Assembly (NCBI GenBank): GCA_030153785.1
Contig: JASKLF010000006.1
Location: 64,001 to 128,000 of the forward strand
Direction: 5' to 3'
From: a bacterium
GTDB taxonomy: Bacteria > Synergistota > GBS-1
DNA: 64,000 bases
Positions 31,991-42,560 of the stretch are shown here, piece after piece. A program made the translations under genes and the position numbers. Below the pieces are notes generated by a model. The model searched no databases. It was given only the letters and a program-made list of their open reading frames with translations, and was not told where the DNA came from. Numbering within the stretch: position 1 is the stretch's first letter; each line of letters begins with the position of its first letter.

Positions 31991-33197
31991 AGGGGACCAC
32001 CCCCAAAAGAAATCTTCTCAATAAGTCCAAAGCCCTTTGAGTAGTTCTAAACTTCACCATCTCCCTATTTCCAGGAAAAACGTTCTTTTCAACATATATC
32101 CCATCATCCCAAGCCAGAGAAATGTAAACAGTGCCTACTGGCTTTTCTCGTGTGCCCCCGGTAGGACCCGCAATCCCCGTAATGCCTATTCCTATATCGC
32201 TCCCCCCCAAAGACCTTACCCCCTTTGCCATTCTCTCCGCAACCTCAGCACTAACGGCTCCTACATCTCTTATTAAGGAAATAGGAATCCCAAGCAAGCT
32301 TCCCTTTGCCTCATTGCTATAGCTTACAACACCACACCTAAAATACCTTGAACTACCAGAAATGTTAGTCAACCTATGAGACAAAAGTCCACCGCTACAG
32401 GACTCTGCTGTAGATAAAGTTAATCCTCTTTTTTGTAAAAGCTCAGCCACAATTTCTTCCAAGGTTTCTCCGTCTTCACCATAAACATAAGTGTCTAAGA
32501 CCTTCTTCAAAAGATTCACAGCTTCAGAAACTTCTTCTTCTCCACCTCTAAGATAAATAGTCACACCTGAGGGAGAAGCACAAATTCCCACCTTGACATC
32601 TTGAAAACCAAGCTCCTTAACCTTGGCGTAAACCTCTGTCTCCCTCAAACCAGTGGTATGGATTCTCTTTAAAGTGTTTCCCTCCAAACGTGGAAGTCTT
32701 GGAAGAACATACTTAGTAAACATTCTTTCAGCTTCCCAAGGCACCCCTGACAAAGCGATAACGATATTTTCCCCTTTTTCCAATATAAAGCCACAAGCCG
32801 TTCCCAGCTCATTAGGTATTATCTCGGATCCCTGGGGAAAAAAGAGTTGCCTATCTTGCAAGGGAGGAACTCCTCTACCAAGTTTATCAAAGAATTTAAC
32901 AAGCCACTCCCGTGCTTCTTCCCTTATCTCAAGATTAACCCCAAAGTATGAAGCAACAGCCTCTCTCGTAAGGTCATCATGGGTAGGACCAAGTCCCCCC
33001 GTTATTATAACAAGCTCTGCGCTCTTAAGCCCAAAATCCAGAACACCAAGTATCTTTTCCAAATTATCTTCCACCACAGCTCTTGCTATAACATCAATTC
33101 CTCTTGAAATAAGCTCCTTTGCTATAAAACCACCATTTTTTTCCTCTACCTCACCTAAAAAAACTTCATCTCCAGTAGACATTATAAAAGCCCTCAT
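31968..33197 (-). CDS. cinA: CinA / NMN deamidase (start ATG 33197)
   Basis: STGDE, TGGLGPTHDDLT, AESCSGG, YSNEAK, GAVS, TGIAGPTGG. Confidence 0.93.
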   Translation of the reverse strand: MRAFIMSTGDEVFLGEVEEKNGGFIAKELISRGIDVIARAVVEDNLEKILGVLDFGLKSAELVIITGGLGPTHDDLTREAVASYFGVNLEIREEAREWLVKFFDKLGRGVPPLQDRQLFFPQGSEIIPNELGTACGFILEKGENIVIALSGVPWEAERMFTKYVLPRLPRLEGNTLKRIHTTGLRETEVYAKVKELGFQDVKVGICASPSGVTIYLRGGEEEVSEAVNLLKKVLDTYVYGEDGETLEEIVAELLQKRGLTLSTAESCSGGLLSHRLTNISGSSRYFRCGVVSYSNEAKGSLLGIPISLIRDVGAVSAEVAERMAKGVRSLGGSDIGIGITGIAGPTGGTREKPVGTVYISLAWDDGIYVEKNVFPGNREMVKFRTTQRALDLLRRFLLGVVPFGQERDS

Positions 33198-33658
33198 CTC
33201 ACCATCCCCCAAAACCATAATCCTAATAAAATTAACCCATTAGTTAAAAAACCGGCTGCAACGTCATCCATCATTATACCCCAACCGCCAGGAAGCCTTT
33301 CAAAGAGATTTACCGGAAAAGGCTTAACGATATCAAGAAGCCTAAACAGAAAAAAAGAAGGAAGGAGCATGATTTCATCCAAATTCCACATAGCCACAAA
33401 ATACCCAACAAACTCATCTATCACTATGGGAGATGGGTCTCTCTCCCCTAAAAACTTAGATAATCGCTCAGAAGACCAAACTCCCAAAATGAAAAGAATA
33501 GATATGGTATACCAGTCCGCTTCGTAGATCCATCTTATCAAAAGGGCCAAAAGAGTAACCGCTGTTCCCGGCATTCTTCCTTCCAAGGATTTCCCCAAAC
33601 CCCCAACGGTTGCCATGTAAAAAGCTATGCTTTCCTTTAATGTAAAACTTCTCCCCAT
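33194..33658 (-). CDS. pgpA: Phosphatidylglycerophosphatase A
   Basis: PGT, DPSPIVIDEFVG, FRLLDIVKPFP, GGWGIMMDDVAAG. Confidence 0.9.
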   Translation of the reverse strand: MGRSFTLKESIAFYMATVGGLGKSLEGRMPGTAVTLLALLIRWIYEADWYTISILFILGVWSSERLSKFLGERDPSPIVIDEFVGYFVAMWNLDEIMLLPSFFLFRLLDIVKPFPVNLFERLPGGWGIMMDDVAAGFLTNGLILLGLWFWGMVR

Positions 33659-34923
33659 AAGTCGTACTCCCTCGCCTTCGTTATTTTAACCTTTACAAAG
33701 GTTCCCGGACTAACATTCTCATCAAGATAAACCAAACCGTCTATTTCAGGAGTATCCCTATAACTTCTTGCAATTCCAGGTCTTTCCACAAGGACCCTTA
33801 ACACTTTGCCTATAAAAAGGTTATTCCGCTCTTCGGAAATCTCGGCTTGGAGTTTCATTAGCTTATCTATTCTTCTTTTAGAAACTCTTAATGGAGGAGG
33901 CTTAAGAAAATAAGAAGGAGCTTCCACCTGGGGAGAGTATAAAAAGCTTCCTAACCTATCAAATTTGATATCAGAAACGAAGTTAAGAAGCCTATCAAAG
34001 GAAGGTTTGCCTTCTCCCGGGAAGCCAACCATCACAGTAGTCCTCAAACATGCAAGTTCATCCAAGCCTCTAATTCTGCCGAAAAGAGCCCTAAGTTCCT
34101 TCTCTCCATAAGGTCTATTCATTAATCTCAAAACCGTATCATCTGCGTGCTGTATAGGGAGATCGAAATAAGAACAAACTTTTTCCAGTGAAAGAATCGT
34201 CTCTATTAAATCGTTAGTCACTCTTGCAGGATGAAGGTAGAGAACCCTTATCCAAAAATCTCCTTTTATTTCTTCAAGCTTTTTTAAAAGCAGGGAAAGG
34301 GAAAAGGAATAGAGCGTGCTATCTTGTGAAACTAAAATAACCTCCTTTTTGCCAGACCTTATAAAGTCTTCAGCCTCTCGCAAAACATCATCCAACGGTT
34401 TACTCCTGTAAGGCCCTCTTATATAGGGTATCACACAATAGCTACATCTGTTGTTACAACCCTCCGCTATCTTTATATAAGCATGGAAACCCCTTTTTAT
34501 AGGGAAACGAGTCCCATCCTCTACCCATTTGTCAGAAAAGGGCCTAAATAATACTCCTCTTCTCAACCCCTTCTTTAATGCATTTGCCAAAAAAGCCCCA
34601 ACATCATTAGGGTAGCCCGTGCCCGCAAAGTAATCAACATCTTCAAGCCTTTCCAAAAACTTCCTTCCTAACCTCTGTGGTAGGCATCCAACAAGGGCTA
34701 TTCGCTTTATAACTCCATCCTCCTTGAGCTTAATTAACCTCTTAACCCAAGAGAGGGATTCCTCAATAGCTGAATCTATAAAAGCACAAGTGTTTAAGAC
34801 TACCAGATCAACACCTTCAAGATTAGAAGAATACTCAAAACCATCATTAAGCAACCTTCCTAATATAAGCTCGCTATCAACTTCATTTTTAGGACAGCCC
34901 AAACTGACGATCGCCACTTTCAA
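33637..34923 (-). CDS. rimO: Ribosomal protein S12 methylthiotransferase
   Basis: SLGCPKNEVDSE, NTCAFI, radical SAM GCNNRCSYC, RVLYLHP, PEIDG. Confidence 0.95.
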   Translation of the reverse strand: MKVAIVSLGCPKNEVDSELILGRLLNDGFEYSSNLEGVDLVVLNTCAFIDSAIEESLSWVKRLIKLKEDGVIKRIALVGCLPQRLGRKFLERLEDVDYFAGTGYPNDVGAFLANALKKGLRRGVLFRPFSDKWVEDGTRFPIKRGFHAYIKIAEGCNNRCSYCVIPYIRGPYRSKPLDDVLREAEDFIRSGKKEVILVSQDSTLYSFSLSLLLKKLEEIKGDFWIRVLYLHPARVTNDLIETILSLEKVCSYFDLPIQHADDTVLRLMNRPYGEKELRALFGRIRGLDELACLRTTVMVGFPGEGKPSFDRLLNFVSDIKFDRLGSFLYSPQVEAPSYFLKPPPLRVSKRRIDKLMKLQAEISEERNNLFIGKVLRVLVERPGIARSYRDTPEIDGLVYLDENVSPGTFVKVKITKAREYDLWGEVLH

Positions 34924-34938
34924 TTCTATTACACCTCT

Positions 34939-35832
34939 TTATTGAGGAAAGGTCATATCTACAACGCCTGTCCTACTTGGCGGTAAAGTTACTTCTTCAC
35001 CATTGAAATAAACTCTAACTCCATTTATGTTGCCGAATCTCACCACTATGCTCTCTTCAGCCTCCCACGTCCTTTCATCGCCTTTGACGAGAGTCCCTTC
35101 GAATACCTTTTTCCCGTCGGCAAATACCCTTACCCAACACCTTCCCACAGCTACAACCCTCAAATTAAACCTTTCAGCCTTAACAGGCCTTGTAGCCTCT
35201 TCAGATAAAAGTGATAAAGACTGCGCCTCTGTAGTTCCCGTAGAAGGAAGAGAAAAAGCAGAACCCGTTCCCAATGAAACCATTTCCTCCTTACTACTTT
35301 GCGCCGGCGTAGAAACGGTCACCGGTTCTTCTTTAAGCTCAGCTACATTTTTCTCGGTAGAAAGAGGAGAAAGGCTTTCTTTAACTTTATCTGAAGAAGC
35401 CTTATTAAAGATGTTAACCTCTCCCGTCCAAGAGGCGTAAAAATAAAAACCCCCTCCTACCAACAAGATTAAAAAAATCAATATAAGCAACCACGGCCTA
35501 CGTGGTTTAACCCCTTTTTCAACCTTAGCATCGTAAGCCGGTAGTTTCTCCTTAGCCTCTTTAATAACAAGGTCTTCGGAAGAGCTTTTTCTAACCGCCT
35601 TGTATAATTCTCTCATTTCATCAGGGTCAAGCCCCAAAGCCAAGGAAATATTTCTTATAAAACCCTTTACATAAACATCACCTGGAAGAACATCGAAATT
35701 CTCTTCCTCTATAGCCTTTATAAATTCCTTGCTTATCTTCGTAATGTCTGAAAGACGCTCTATGCTCATACCCTTTTCTTCTCTAACCTTCCTTATTATT
35801 TCACCAATTCTCCTTTCTTCATTAACTTTCAT
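34939..35832 (-). CDS. rodZ: RodZ-like HTH/TM/DUF4115 protein (start probably ATG 35832)
   Basis: N-terminal HTH with YVKGFIRN, single TM, C-terminal CWVRV..DGK...RFGN. Confidence 0.85.
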   Translation of the reverse strand: MKVNEERRIGEIIRKVREEKGMSIERLSDITKISKEFIKAIEEENFDVLPGDVYVKGFIRNISLALGLDPDEMRELYKAVRKSSSEDLVIKEAKEKLPAYDAKVEKGVKPRRPWLLILIFLILLVGGGFYFYASWTGEVNIFNKASSDKVKESLSPLSTEKNVAELKEEPVTVSTPAQSSKEEMVSLGTGSAFSLPSTGTTEAQSLSLLSEEATRPVKAERFNLRVVAVGRCWVRVFADGKKVFEGTLVKGDERTWEAEESIVVRFGNINGVRVYFNGEEVTLPPSRTGVVDMTFPQ

Positions 35833-36493
35833 AATTAATATCACCTCTTAAAGCCCTAATCACCGAAACAGGATCTCTGTTTTGGAAAATAGAAGCGCCA
35901 CCTACCAGAACTGTTGCCCCTGCCTTCCTTAATTGAGAAGCATTGCTTGGTCCAACTCCTCCATCCACAACTATCTCAAAACATAAATTCTCTCTATCTC
36001 TAAACTCTCTTATAGACCTCACCTTATCCAAAACCCATGGAATAAAAGTTTGCCCGCTAAAACCAGGTTCAACGCTCATCATCAAAACATAGTCAACCTC
36101 ATGCAATATAAGCTTTGCTTCCTCCCACAGAGTAGCTGGATTAAAAGCCACGCCCGACTTTTTACCTGCTTCCTTTATGCTCCTTATCAATCGAAGAGGA
36201 TGCTTCTCTACCTCCCAATGAAAAATCAATATATCTCCACCACTTTCCGCAAAACGATCAACCCAAAAGCCCGGATTTTCAACCATAAGATGAATTTCCA
36301 AAGGCAACAAAGGAAAGCTTTCTTTTATATCCTTTACAAGCTTTGGTCCAAAAGAAAGATTGGGAACAAAATGACCATCCATTATATCTACATGGAGGAG
36401 GTCTATCTCTTTCTCTATTTTAGACAATTCTTCTCCCAACCGCAAAGTATTAGCAGCTAATATGGAAGGAGCTACCTTTATTGTTTCCCCCAT
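35822..36493 (-). CDS. rpe: Ribulose-phosphate 3-epimerase
   Basis: APSILAA, HVDIMDGHFVPN, MSVEPGFSGQ.F, VDGG. Confidence 0.97.
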   Translation of the reverse strand: MGETIKVAPSILAANTLRLGEELSKIEKEIDLLHVDIMDGHFVPNLSFGPKLVKDIKESFPLLPLEIHLMVENPGFWVDRFAESGGDILIFHWEVEKHPLRLIRSIKEAGKKSGVAFNPATLWEEAKLILHEVDYVLMMSVEPGFSGQTFIPWVLDKVRSIREFRDRENLCFEIVVDGGVGPSNASQLRKAGATVLVGGASIFQNRDPVSVIRALRGDINYES

Positions 36494-37542
36494 GGATACC
36501 TATCCTCCGCGTAGAACTCTCCATCAAGCTGAACTCTTATAACATTATCACCAACAGCCGGAATTCTCAAGTTTATAGTTTCTCCCTCCTTACACTTTTT
36601 ACTAAATATTAAATGCTGTCCTGTGGAATCTATTTGTATTATCTCAACAAGTCTTTCCGCCTTACCAGAGGGAACAGTAAACTTAAAGTCAATAATTCTT
36701 GCACCTTTAGGAATAGCGAGCTCTATCTTCTCAAGTCTCTGTGGAGAAGTTGCCGCTTCTTTTACCCTCCCAGGAATCTCAGGAGTCACGGATGTAGTAA
36801 TTGGCTTAGCTTCCTCCCGAGAGGCTTCAATTTCGCTTTGCTTTGGTGGTGATTTTCTCACAACCAGATTAATCTCCCCACCTGGTGGAAGAGATGAAAA
36901 AGGTGACGGATCTTGAGATATTACGACTCCCTCCTCCCCTGCCTCAACCTTCTCAGTAACACTGCCTACCCTGAATCCCTTCTCTTGAATTACACTCTTT
37001 GCCTTATCCAAAGGAAGCCCTATAACCTCGGGTACAGAAACCTCCTTGACTTCATAACCAAGACTTACAAGAAGGTCAACCTTCGTACCCCTCTTCACTC
37101 TTTTACCAGGAGATACAGACTGACCAATTATCACATTAGAGGGAGCCAAAAGAGACCTAATGGTTATTACATCTCCAATAACGAGTCCCACTTCCTTTAT
37201 AAAAGCGTTAACCTCACTAAGCTTTCTTCCCACAAGGTCAGGAACCGAAACCATATCCTCCTTTCCACTCACTACCACCTCAATAAAGCTGCCCTTTCTT
37301 ACGTTCACACCAGGGAGCGGCTTCTGAGAAACTATATAATTTGGTGGGAAAGTAGTGCTCTCCTCCTCTCCGACTACTTTTATATTAAGACCAACACCAT
37401 TAAGCAACTTCGTAGCCTCCGTAATTTCTTTCCCAACCAATGGAGGTACCGGCACCTTTGGTACACCTATTCCCAAATATACATACAAAAAACCTATAAC
37501 CGTCCCAATTATGAGCACTGAAATAAGCTTCCAACCCTTCAA
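36478..37542 (-). CDS. Membrane-anchored PASTA domain protein (3 repeats, no kinase domain)
   Basis: VPPLVG, VPDLVG and VPEVIG repeats each with SQ.P..G; N-terminal TM. Confidence 0.85.
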   Translation of the reverse strand: MKGWKLISVLIIGTVIGFLYVYLGIGVPKVPVPPLVGKEITEATKLLNGVGLNIKVVGEEESTTFPPNYIVSQKPLPGVNVRKGSFIEVVVSGKEDMVSVPDLVGRKLSEVNAFIKEVGLVIGDVITIRSLLAPSNVIIGQSVSPGKRVKRGTKVDLLVSLGYEVKEVSVPEVIGLPLDKAKSVIQEKGFRVGSVTEKVEAGEEGVVISQDPSPFSSLPPGGEINLVVRKSPPKQSEIEASREEAKPITTSVTPEIPGRVKEAATSPQRLEKIELAIPKGARIIDFKFTVPSGKAERLVEIIQIDSTGQHLIFSKKCKEGETINLRIPAVGDNVIRVQLDGEFYAEDRYPWGKQ

Positions 37543-37548
37543 ACCCTT

Positions 37549-38847
37549 TCACCTCCTTACAAGGAGCGCAATAAAGCCATCTTCTATATAATAGCCATAC
37601 TCTGTAACTCTCAAAGCCAGGGGCTCAACCCAATCTAAATTAAGTATCTCATACTCAGGACATCTATTCAAGAACCCTTTAATGACTTCTTCATTCTCTT
37701 CGGGGAAAAAGGTACACGTAGAATAAACTAAATACCCTCCACTCCTCACATATTTAGAAGCAACCTCTATCATATTAAGCTGAAGCTTCACCAAATTTCT
37801 TATACTCTCAGGAGTTATTCTCAACTTTATTTCAGGTTTTCCACCAACATCAGCAAGATTTGAGCAAGGAACATCAAGCATAACCTTCGAAGCCCATTTT
37901 TCTAATTTGGGATTAAAGACTTGCAAATCCATAGCAATCAATGCATCTACATTGTAAGAAAGGTTGTTTAAAAAATCCCTAAGAATTTTAAGCTTCCACG
38001 GATAAAGGTCTATAGAGACTAACATTCCTTTCCCATTTAATCGCTGGGCAATATCTGCCGACTTAACTCCTCTTCCTGCACACAAATCTAAAACAAAATC
38101 TCCACCTTTAATATCAAGACTCTTAACGGCAAGTATTGAAGACAAACTCTGCATCCAGAAAAGTCCCTCACTCCAACCTGGAATATCACGAGGAAAAACG
38201 GGAGTCCTAATCAAAAAACACCCCTCAACACCTGAAAGTTCCTCAAAATCTATGTTTCTTTCCTTCAACAGAGAGGCAAACTTCTCCCTGTCTGTCTTCT
38301 TCAGATTAATGTGGAGGTACATCTTGGGTCTTTGATTCCCCTTTTCCAAGAGAGAAACCACGAAGGCCTCATCCTTAAAATAAGATAATAAATCCTCAAC
38401 CAACCAGTTAGGATAAGAAAGCCTTGTAGCGATATCCTCCAAGGGAGGTTCAATCCTCACACGAATATAATTCCTCAAAACCGCGTTAACCAAGCTTGCT
38501 ATACCCGCATGAAACAACCTCTTAGAAAGTTCCACAAGTCTAAAACACACAAAAGGGGCTTTCTCTGGAGAATGAAATCGCAATTGATATAGTCCCATGA
38601 GAATAATCCATTTAGCTACGTCAGGAAGCTTGTCCCACTTTTTTTCTCCAACAAGATTCTTCGCTATCCACCTAAGAAGATAGATATTACGTATGACCCC
38701 ATAGCAAAGCTCAGACACGAATCGAGACGCCTTTGGGGGGATTTTACCAGAATCTATAGATTTTCTTAAAAGGGGTTCTAACCAATCTCCCCTTTCTATC
38801 CTCTTAAAAATATCAATAGCGTACCTTTCCCAAATCTTTTCTTTCAA
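37549..38847 (-). CDS. rsmB: 16S rRNA m5C967 methyltransferase RsmB/Sun-like
   Basis: NusB-like N-terminus (LVNAVLR), LDLCAGRGVK, DVPCS, YSTCT..PEENE. Confidence 0.85.
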   Translation of the reverse strand: MKEKIWERYAIDIFKRIERGDWLEPLLRKSIDSGKIPPKASRFVSELCYGVIRNIYLLRWIAKNLVGEKKWDKLPDVAKWIILMGLYQLRFHSPEKAPFVCFRLVELSKRLFHAGIASLVNAVLRNYIRVRIEPPLEDIATRLSYPNWLVEDLLSYFKDEAFVVSLLEKGNQRPKMYLHINLKKTDREKFASLLKERNIDFEELSGVEGCFLIRTPVFPRDIPGWSEGLFWMQSLSSILAVKSLDIKGGDFVLDLCAGRGVKSADIAQRLNGKGMLVSIDLYPWKLKILRDFLNNLSYNVDALIAMDLQVFNPKLEKWASKVMLDVPCSNLADVGGKPEIKLRITPESIRNLVKLQLNMIEVASKYVRSGGYLVYSTCTFFPEENEEVIKGFLNRCPEYEILNLDWVEPLALRVTEYGYYIEDGFIALLVRR

Positions 38848-39502
38848 TGGTCCTCACGAAAAAGTCTGTGGGAATATAAAAAAAGGGCAATCCCCACATT
38901 CTTATTCCTCTTCCTCCGTATTCAACACCTACTATCTCCATATCACTGACATCGGCAAAGGTAGTCAGCTTACGTTGAACCCACGGCCCTAAGAGCGGTC
39001 CCAAGATATAAGATATTAAAAGAGCTATAACCACATTCAAAACTGTCAAATAGCCCGTTAAAAAAAGCAAAAGCAAGAAGGTAACAGCTGAAACAAAGTT
39101 AACCATAGCCATTGTAGTCCCACATCTCTTATGAATTGCTAAATCCTTTTCTCCCCTCTTCAATCTCAAAAGGGCAACACGTGCGGCTTCCTCTAACAAA
39201 ATGGGATCGATAAAACCCTTTATATAAAAACCGTCTACCCTGGCCAAACCCGCCAAATTGGTAGGGCCAAATCTTTCCTCTATAACATTTATAGTAGCAT
39301 GCTCAAGAGCATGATTTTTTCTAAGTTTTCTGTTTGTTGCTATTCTCCAAATTTCAAGGGGAACCGTAAGAATGGTGTAAAGAGAATACATTATAAAACC
39401 GAAGGGAAGAAAGATCAACAAAGATAAGAAAAAAAGGAGGAGAAAGGGAACTAGCCAAGGAACAAAGAAAAGTAGAAGTAAAAGAAAAAGAAGTAATGGC
39501 AA
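38813..39502 (-). CDS. Membrane protein, DUF6391-like
   Basis: RKNHALEHATI, LAIHKRCGT, GPWVQRKLTT. Confidence 0.65.
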   Translation of the reverse strand: MPLLLFLLLLLFFVPWLVPFLLLFFLSLLIFLPFGFIMYSLYTILTVPLEIWRIATNRKLRKNHALEHATINVIEERFGPTNLAGLARVDGFYIKGFIDPILLEEAARVALLRLKRGEKDLAIHKRCGTTMAMVNFVSAVTFLLLLFLTGYLTVLNVVIALLISYILGPLLGPWVQRKLTTFADVSDMEIVGVEYGGRGIRMWGLPFFYIPTDFFVRTIERKDLGKVRY

Positions 39503-40186
39503 TTAGTCCCTCTCCCCTCTCAATATAAGCAATCTTACAAGTTGGAGGGCAGCCATAGCCGTTGCTGCAACATAACTCAATGCAGCGGCTCCCAAAACTT
39601 CCTCTATGGCTCCAACTTCCCTATTAGATACATAGCCGCTGGAATAAAGCGCCTTAACAGCCCTTGAACTTGCATTGAATTCAACGGGAAGAGTGATAAG
39701 CTGAAATAACACTGCCCCAGAAAATGCTATTATTCCCACATCCATAAGGCTTGGAATTCCAAAGATAAACCCTAAAAAGAAGAAGGGTATAGCAAGCTGT
39801 GAACCAATGCTAGCTACTGGAATTATCGCATTCCTGAGAGAAAGCGGTAAATACCCCGTAGCGTGTTGAATAGCGTGCCCAACCTCATGAGCTGCTATAC
39901 CTATTGCAGCTATTGAACGGCTATTATACACACCCGACGAAAGTCTTAAGACTCTAGAGCGCGGATCATAGTGATCTGTTAATTCGCCTGGCACCATCTC
40001 TATGGGTATATCCGAAAGTCCATTTCTATCAAGCATTTCACGAGCTACAACCCACGCTGGTTTGCCAACCATTGCGGGAATAGCTGCATACTTTCTATAT
40101 GTAGACTGAACCTTTGCCTGTGCATATATCGCAAGAATCAGCGCAGGTATAAGAAGCAGGAACGTCCAATCCCAAAAAAGAAACAT
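39503..40186 (-). CDS. Neutral zinc metallopeptidase (YugP-like)
   Basis: LTDHYDP, AAHEVGHAIQH, TLPVEFNASSRA. Confidence 0.9.
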   Translation of the reverse strand: MFLFWDWTFLLLIPALILAIYAQAKVQSTYRKYAAIPAMVGKPAWVVAREMLDRNGLSDIPIEMVPGELTDHYDPRSRVLRLSSGVYNSRSIAAIGIAAHEVGHAIQHATGYLPLSLRNAIIPVASIGSQLAIPFFFLGFIFGIPSLMDVGIIAFSGAVLFQLITLPVEFNASSRAVKALYSSGYVSNREVGAIEEVLGAAALSYVAATAMAALQLVRLLILRGERD

Positions 40187-40187
40187 A

Positions 40188-40751
40188 TCAAATCACCTCC
40201 CTTGTTTCAGCACTCCTCCCTAACTCAAAAGCTTTCAAATTTAAATCTCTAAATTTAGTAGCCACATTTTCCTCTATCACTTTTCTAAGCTCTTCACTGG
40301 GGAATGTATCCTCCATGATGGAGGACAATTTTCCCAACATGACTATATTTAAGACCCTTGGCTCTCCCAATTTATCAAGGGCAATTTTATATCCATCTAC
40401 AATATAAACTTTCGCATTCCTCCGCTTGACAAAATCTGACATTAATTCCTTACCAAGCTTAAGCATTTGATCCCCATTTAAAATAGCAACCCCCCCTTCT
40501 CTTAAAAAGGGCAGGTTCATTAACCCCTCATTCCAATCAAAGGAAAGAAGGATATCCGCTTCTCCCTTCATAACAAGAGGGCTCGCGTAATCTCCAATCT
40601 TAAGATGAGAAACCACGCTCCCACCCCTTTGAGCCATACCATGAACCTCAGAACCTATAACATTAAGTCCCTTTGAAATGGCATGTTCCCCTATTATTCG
40701 AGTAGCCAATAATATCCCCTGGCCACCTATTCCACAAAATATCATTTGCAT
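40188..40751 (-). CDS. iorB: Indolepyruvate:ferredoxin oxidoreductase beta subunit
   Basis: GIGGQGILL, EVHGMAQRGGSVVSH, NIVMLG, NLKAFELG. Confidence 0.92.
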   Translation of the reverse strand: MQMIFCGIGGQGILLATRIIGEHAISKGLNVIGSEVHGMAQRGGSVVSHLKIGDYASPLVMKGEADILLSFDWNEGLMNLPFLREGGVAILNGDQMLKLGKELMSDFVKRRNAKVYIVDGYKIALDKLGEPRVLNIVMLGKLSSIMEDTFPSEELRKVIEENVATKFRDLNLKAFELGRSAETREVI

Positions 40752-40754
40752 AGC

Positions 40755-42560
40755 TTACTCCTCCTTTATAGCTTTCGTTGGGCAAACTTGGACACAGACC
40801 CCACAATTTATACAAAAACGGGGATCTACAAAGGCCTTTTTGCCTTCCTCATCAAAACCCAACCCAGGACAACCAAACTCACTTACACAATATCTGCAAC
40901 CTGTGCAAGTTTCTTTATCCACATAAACTTTCTTATCATAACGCTTTCGCTCAAGAAGCTTACAAGGATGTTTCGCAATAACCACAGCTACTCTTCCATT
41001 GTTCCTAACGTATTCCCATGCATCCTTTAGGGCAGAAACTGTGTCGCTCACATTGTAGGGATTTACCACCTTAACAAAGTCAACTCCACATCCTTGTATA
41101 AGCTTCAAAAGGTCCACCCGCTCACCATCTTTCATCAGGTTAATCCCGAACTCAGGGGTTGGCTGACCTCCAGTCATCGCTGTAGTGTGATTATCCAATA
41201 TAAATAAGATGAACTTATGTTTATTATAAACCGCATTGATAAGTCCAGGAACCCCCATATGATAAAAAGTAGAATCTCCGATGGTTGATACGATGGGAAT
41301 ATCATCTTCTAAAGACACGCTAAAACCAGAACCCATTGTGACAGCTCCACCCATACACATAACGCTATCCACTGCCTTTTGATTTATACCTAAAGTGTAA
41401 CATCCTATATCACTAGGGTAAACTCCCTTTGGAAAAGCCTTTCTCATGGCAAAGAATGAAGCACGGTGAGGGCAACCCGCACACAGTATAGGTTTCCTTA
41501 CCCTTATACCTAAGGAAGATAGCGCTTCATCATAATCGCTCGGGATTTGAGGTACTGAGATATCAAAAAACTTTGCCATAACAGAAGCTATAACTTCAGG
41601 CGTTAGCTCTCCAGATGAAGGAACTACTTCGTTCCACTTACCCAACACTCTGCTCCTATCAGGAATCTGAAGCTCTACAACAGGATATGTCTCCTCAAAA
41701 ACTAATACCCTATCACAGAGAGACAGGAACTCCTCCAACAACGTTTCATCCAGCGGGAAAGCTCGTCCTACCTTCATCAAGGGAATATCTAAAGAATAGT
41801 TATTAACAATATCTTTAGCTATTGCATAGCTCACACCGCTCGCTATTATACCAACTTCAGCCTTTTTAGGGCTTTCTATCCATGAAAAGATATCCCTCTC
41901 CTTACTAATTTCTCTTATTTTCTGATTCAGCCTCTCATGATGTCTTCTTCTTATGGCAGGCAAACAAACCCATCTTTCTGGGTTTTTAACGAAGTTACCT
42001 TTCCGCGGGCTAAAATCGATGCTTTCAATAGGAACATTCTGCCTCGCATGGCAAACTCTTAATCCAGGCCTAAGCATTACCAGAATATTATATTTTTCAG
42101 ACAAATTATATGCAAACTTCACCATTTCCTTAGCTTCTCTTGGAGAAGAAGGGTCAAAAACAGGAACTTTAGCCATCATAGCAGCAAATCGACTATCCTG
42201 TTCCGTTTGAGAGCTATGAGGACCTGGATCATCAGCCACAACAACCAAGAATCCTGCAGCTATGTCGTTATAGGCTACACTCATAAAGGGATCATAGGCA
42301 ACATTGAGTCCCACCTGCTTCATGGTTACCGCCGCCCTTTTACCCGCAAAGGAAGCTGTTGCAGCTATCTCAAAAGCAACCTTTTCATTAACACACCACT
42401 CAACAACAGCAGCATCTATACCCTCTTCCTTATAGAAATGGGCAACAGCGGGAAGAATTTCAGAAGAAGGCGTTCCAGGATAAGACGTCACAACTTCCGC
42501 ACCGCTTTCTACTATACCACGTGCTATGGCCTCGTTTCCCAACAAAAGCCTTTCCATCAA
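40755..42560 (-). CDS. iorA: Indolepyruvate:ferredoxin oxidoreductase alpha subunit
   Basis: GNEAIARG, YPGTPSSE, SSQTEQD, CAGCPH, DIGCY, GDSTF.H, TAMTGGQ; two C-terminal ferredoxin motifs. Confidence 0.95.
   Translation of the reverse strand: MMERLLLGNEAIARGIVESGAEVVTSYPGTPSSEILPAVAHFYKEEGIDAAVVEWCVNEKVAFEIAATASFAGKRAAVTMKQVGLNVAYDPFMSVAYNDIAAGFLVVVADDPGPHSSQTEQDSRFAAMMAKVPVFDPSSPREAKEMVKFAYNLSEKYNILVMLRPGLRVCHARQNVPIESIDFSPRKGNFVKNPERWVCLPAIRRRHHERLNQKIREISKERDIFSWIESPKKAEVGIIASGVSYAIAKDIVNNYSLDIPLMKVGRAFPLDETLLEEFLSLCDRVLVFEETYPVVELQIPDRSRVLGKWNEVVPSSGELTPEVIASVMAKFFDISVPQIPSDYDEALSSLGIRVRKPILCAGCPHRASFFAMRKAFPKGVYPSDIGCYTLGINQKAVDSVMCMGGAVTMGSGFSVSLEDDIPIVSTIGDSTFYHMGVPGLINAVYNKHKFILFILDNHTTAMTGGQPTPEFGINLMKDGERVDLLKLIQGCGVDFVKVVNPYNVSDTVSALKDAWEYVRNNGRVAVVIAKHPCKLLERKRYDKKVYVDKETCTGCRYCVSEFGCPGLGFDEEGKKAFVDPRFCINCGVCVQVCPTKAIKEE

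Noticed and set aside
36478..37542. PknB/PrkC Ser/Thr kinase
   Set aside because: Only TM + PASTA repeats and a short C-terminal domain; no kinase motifs.
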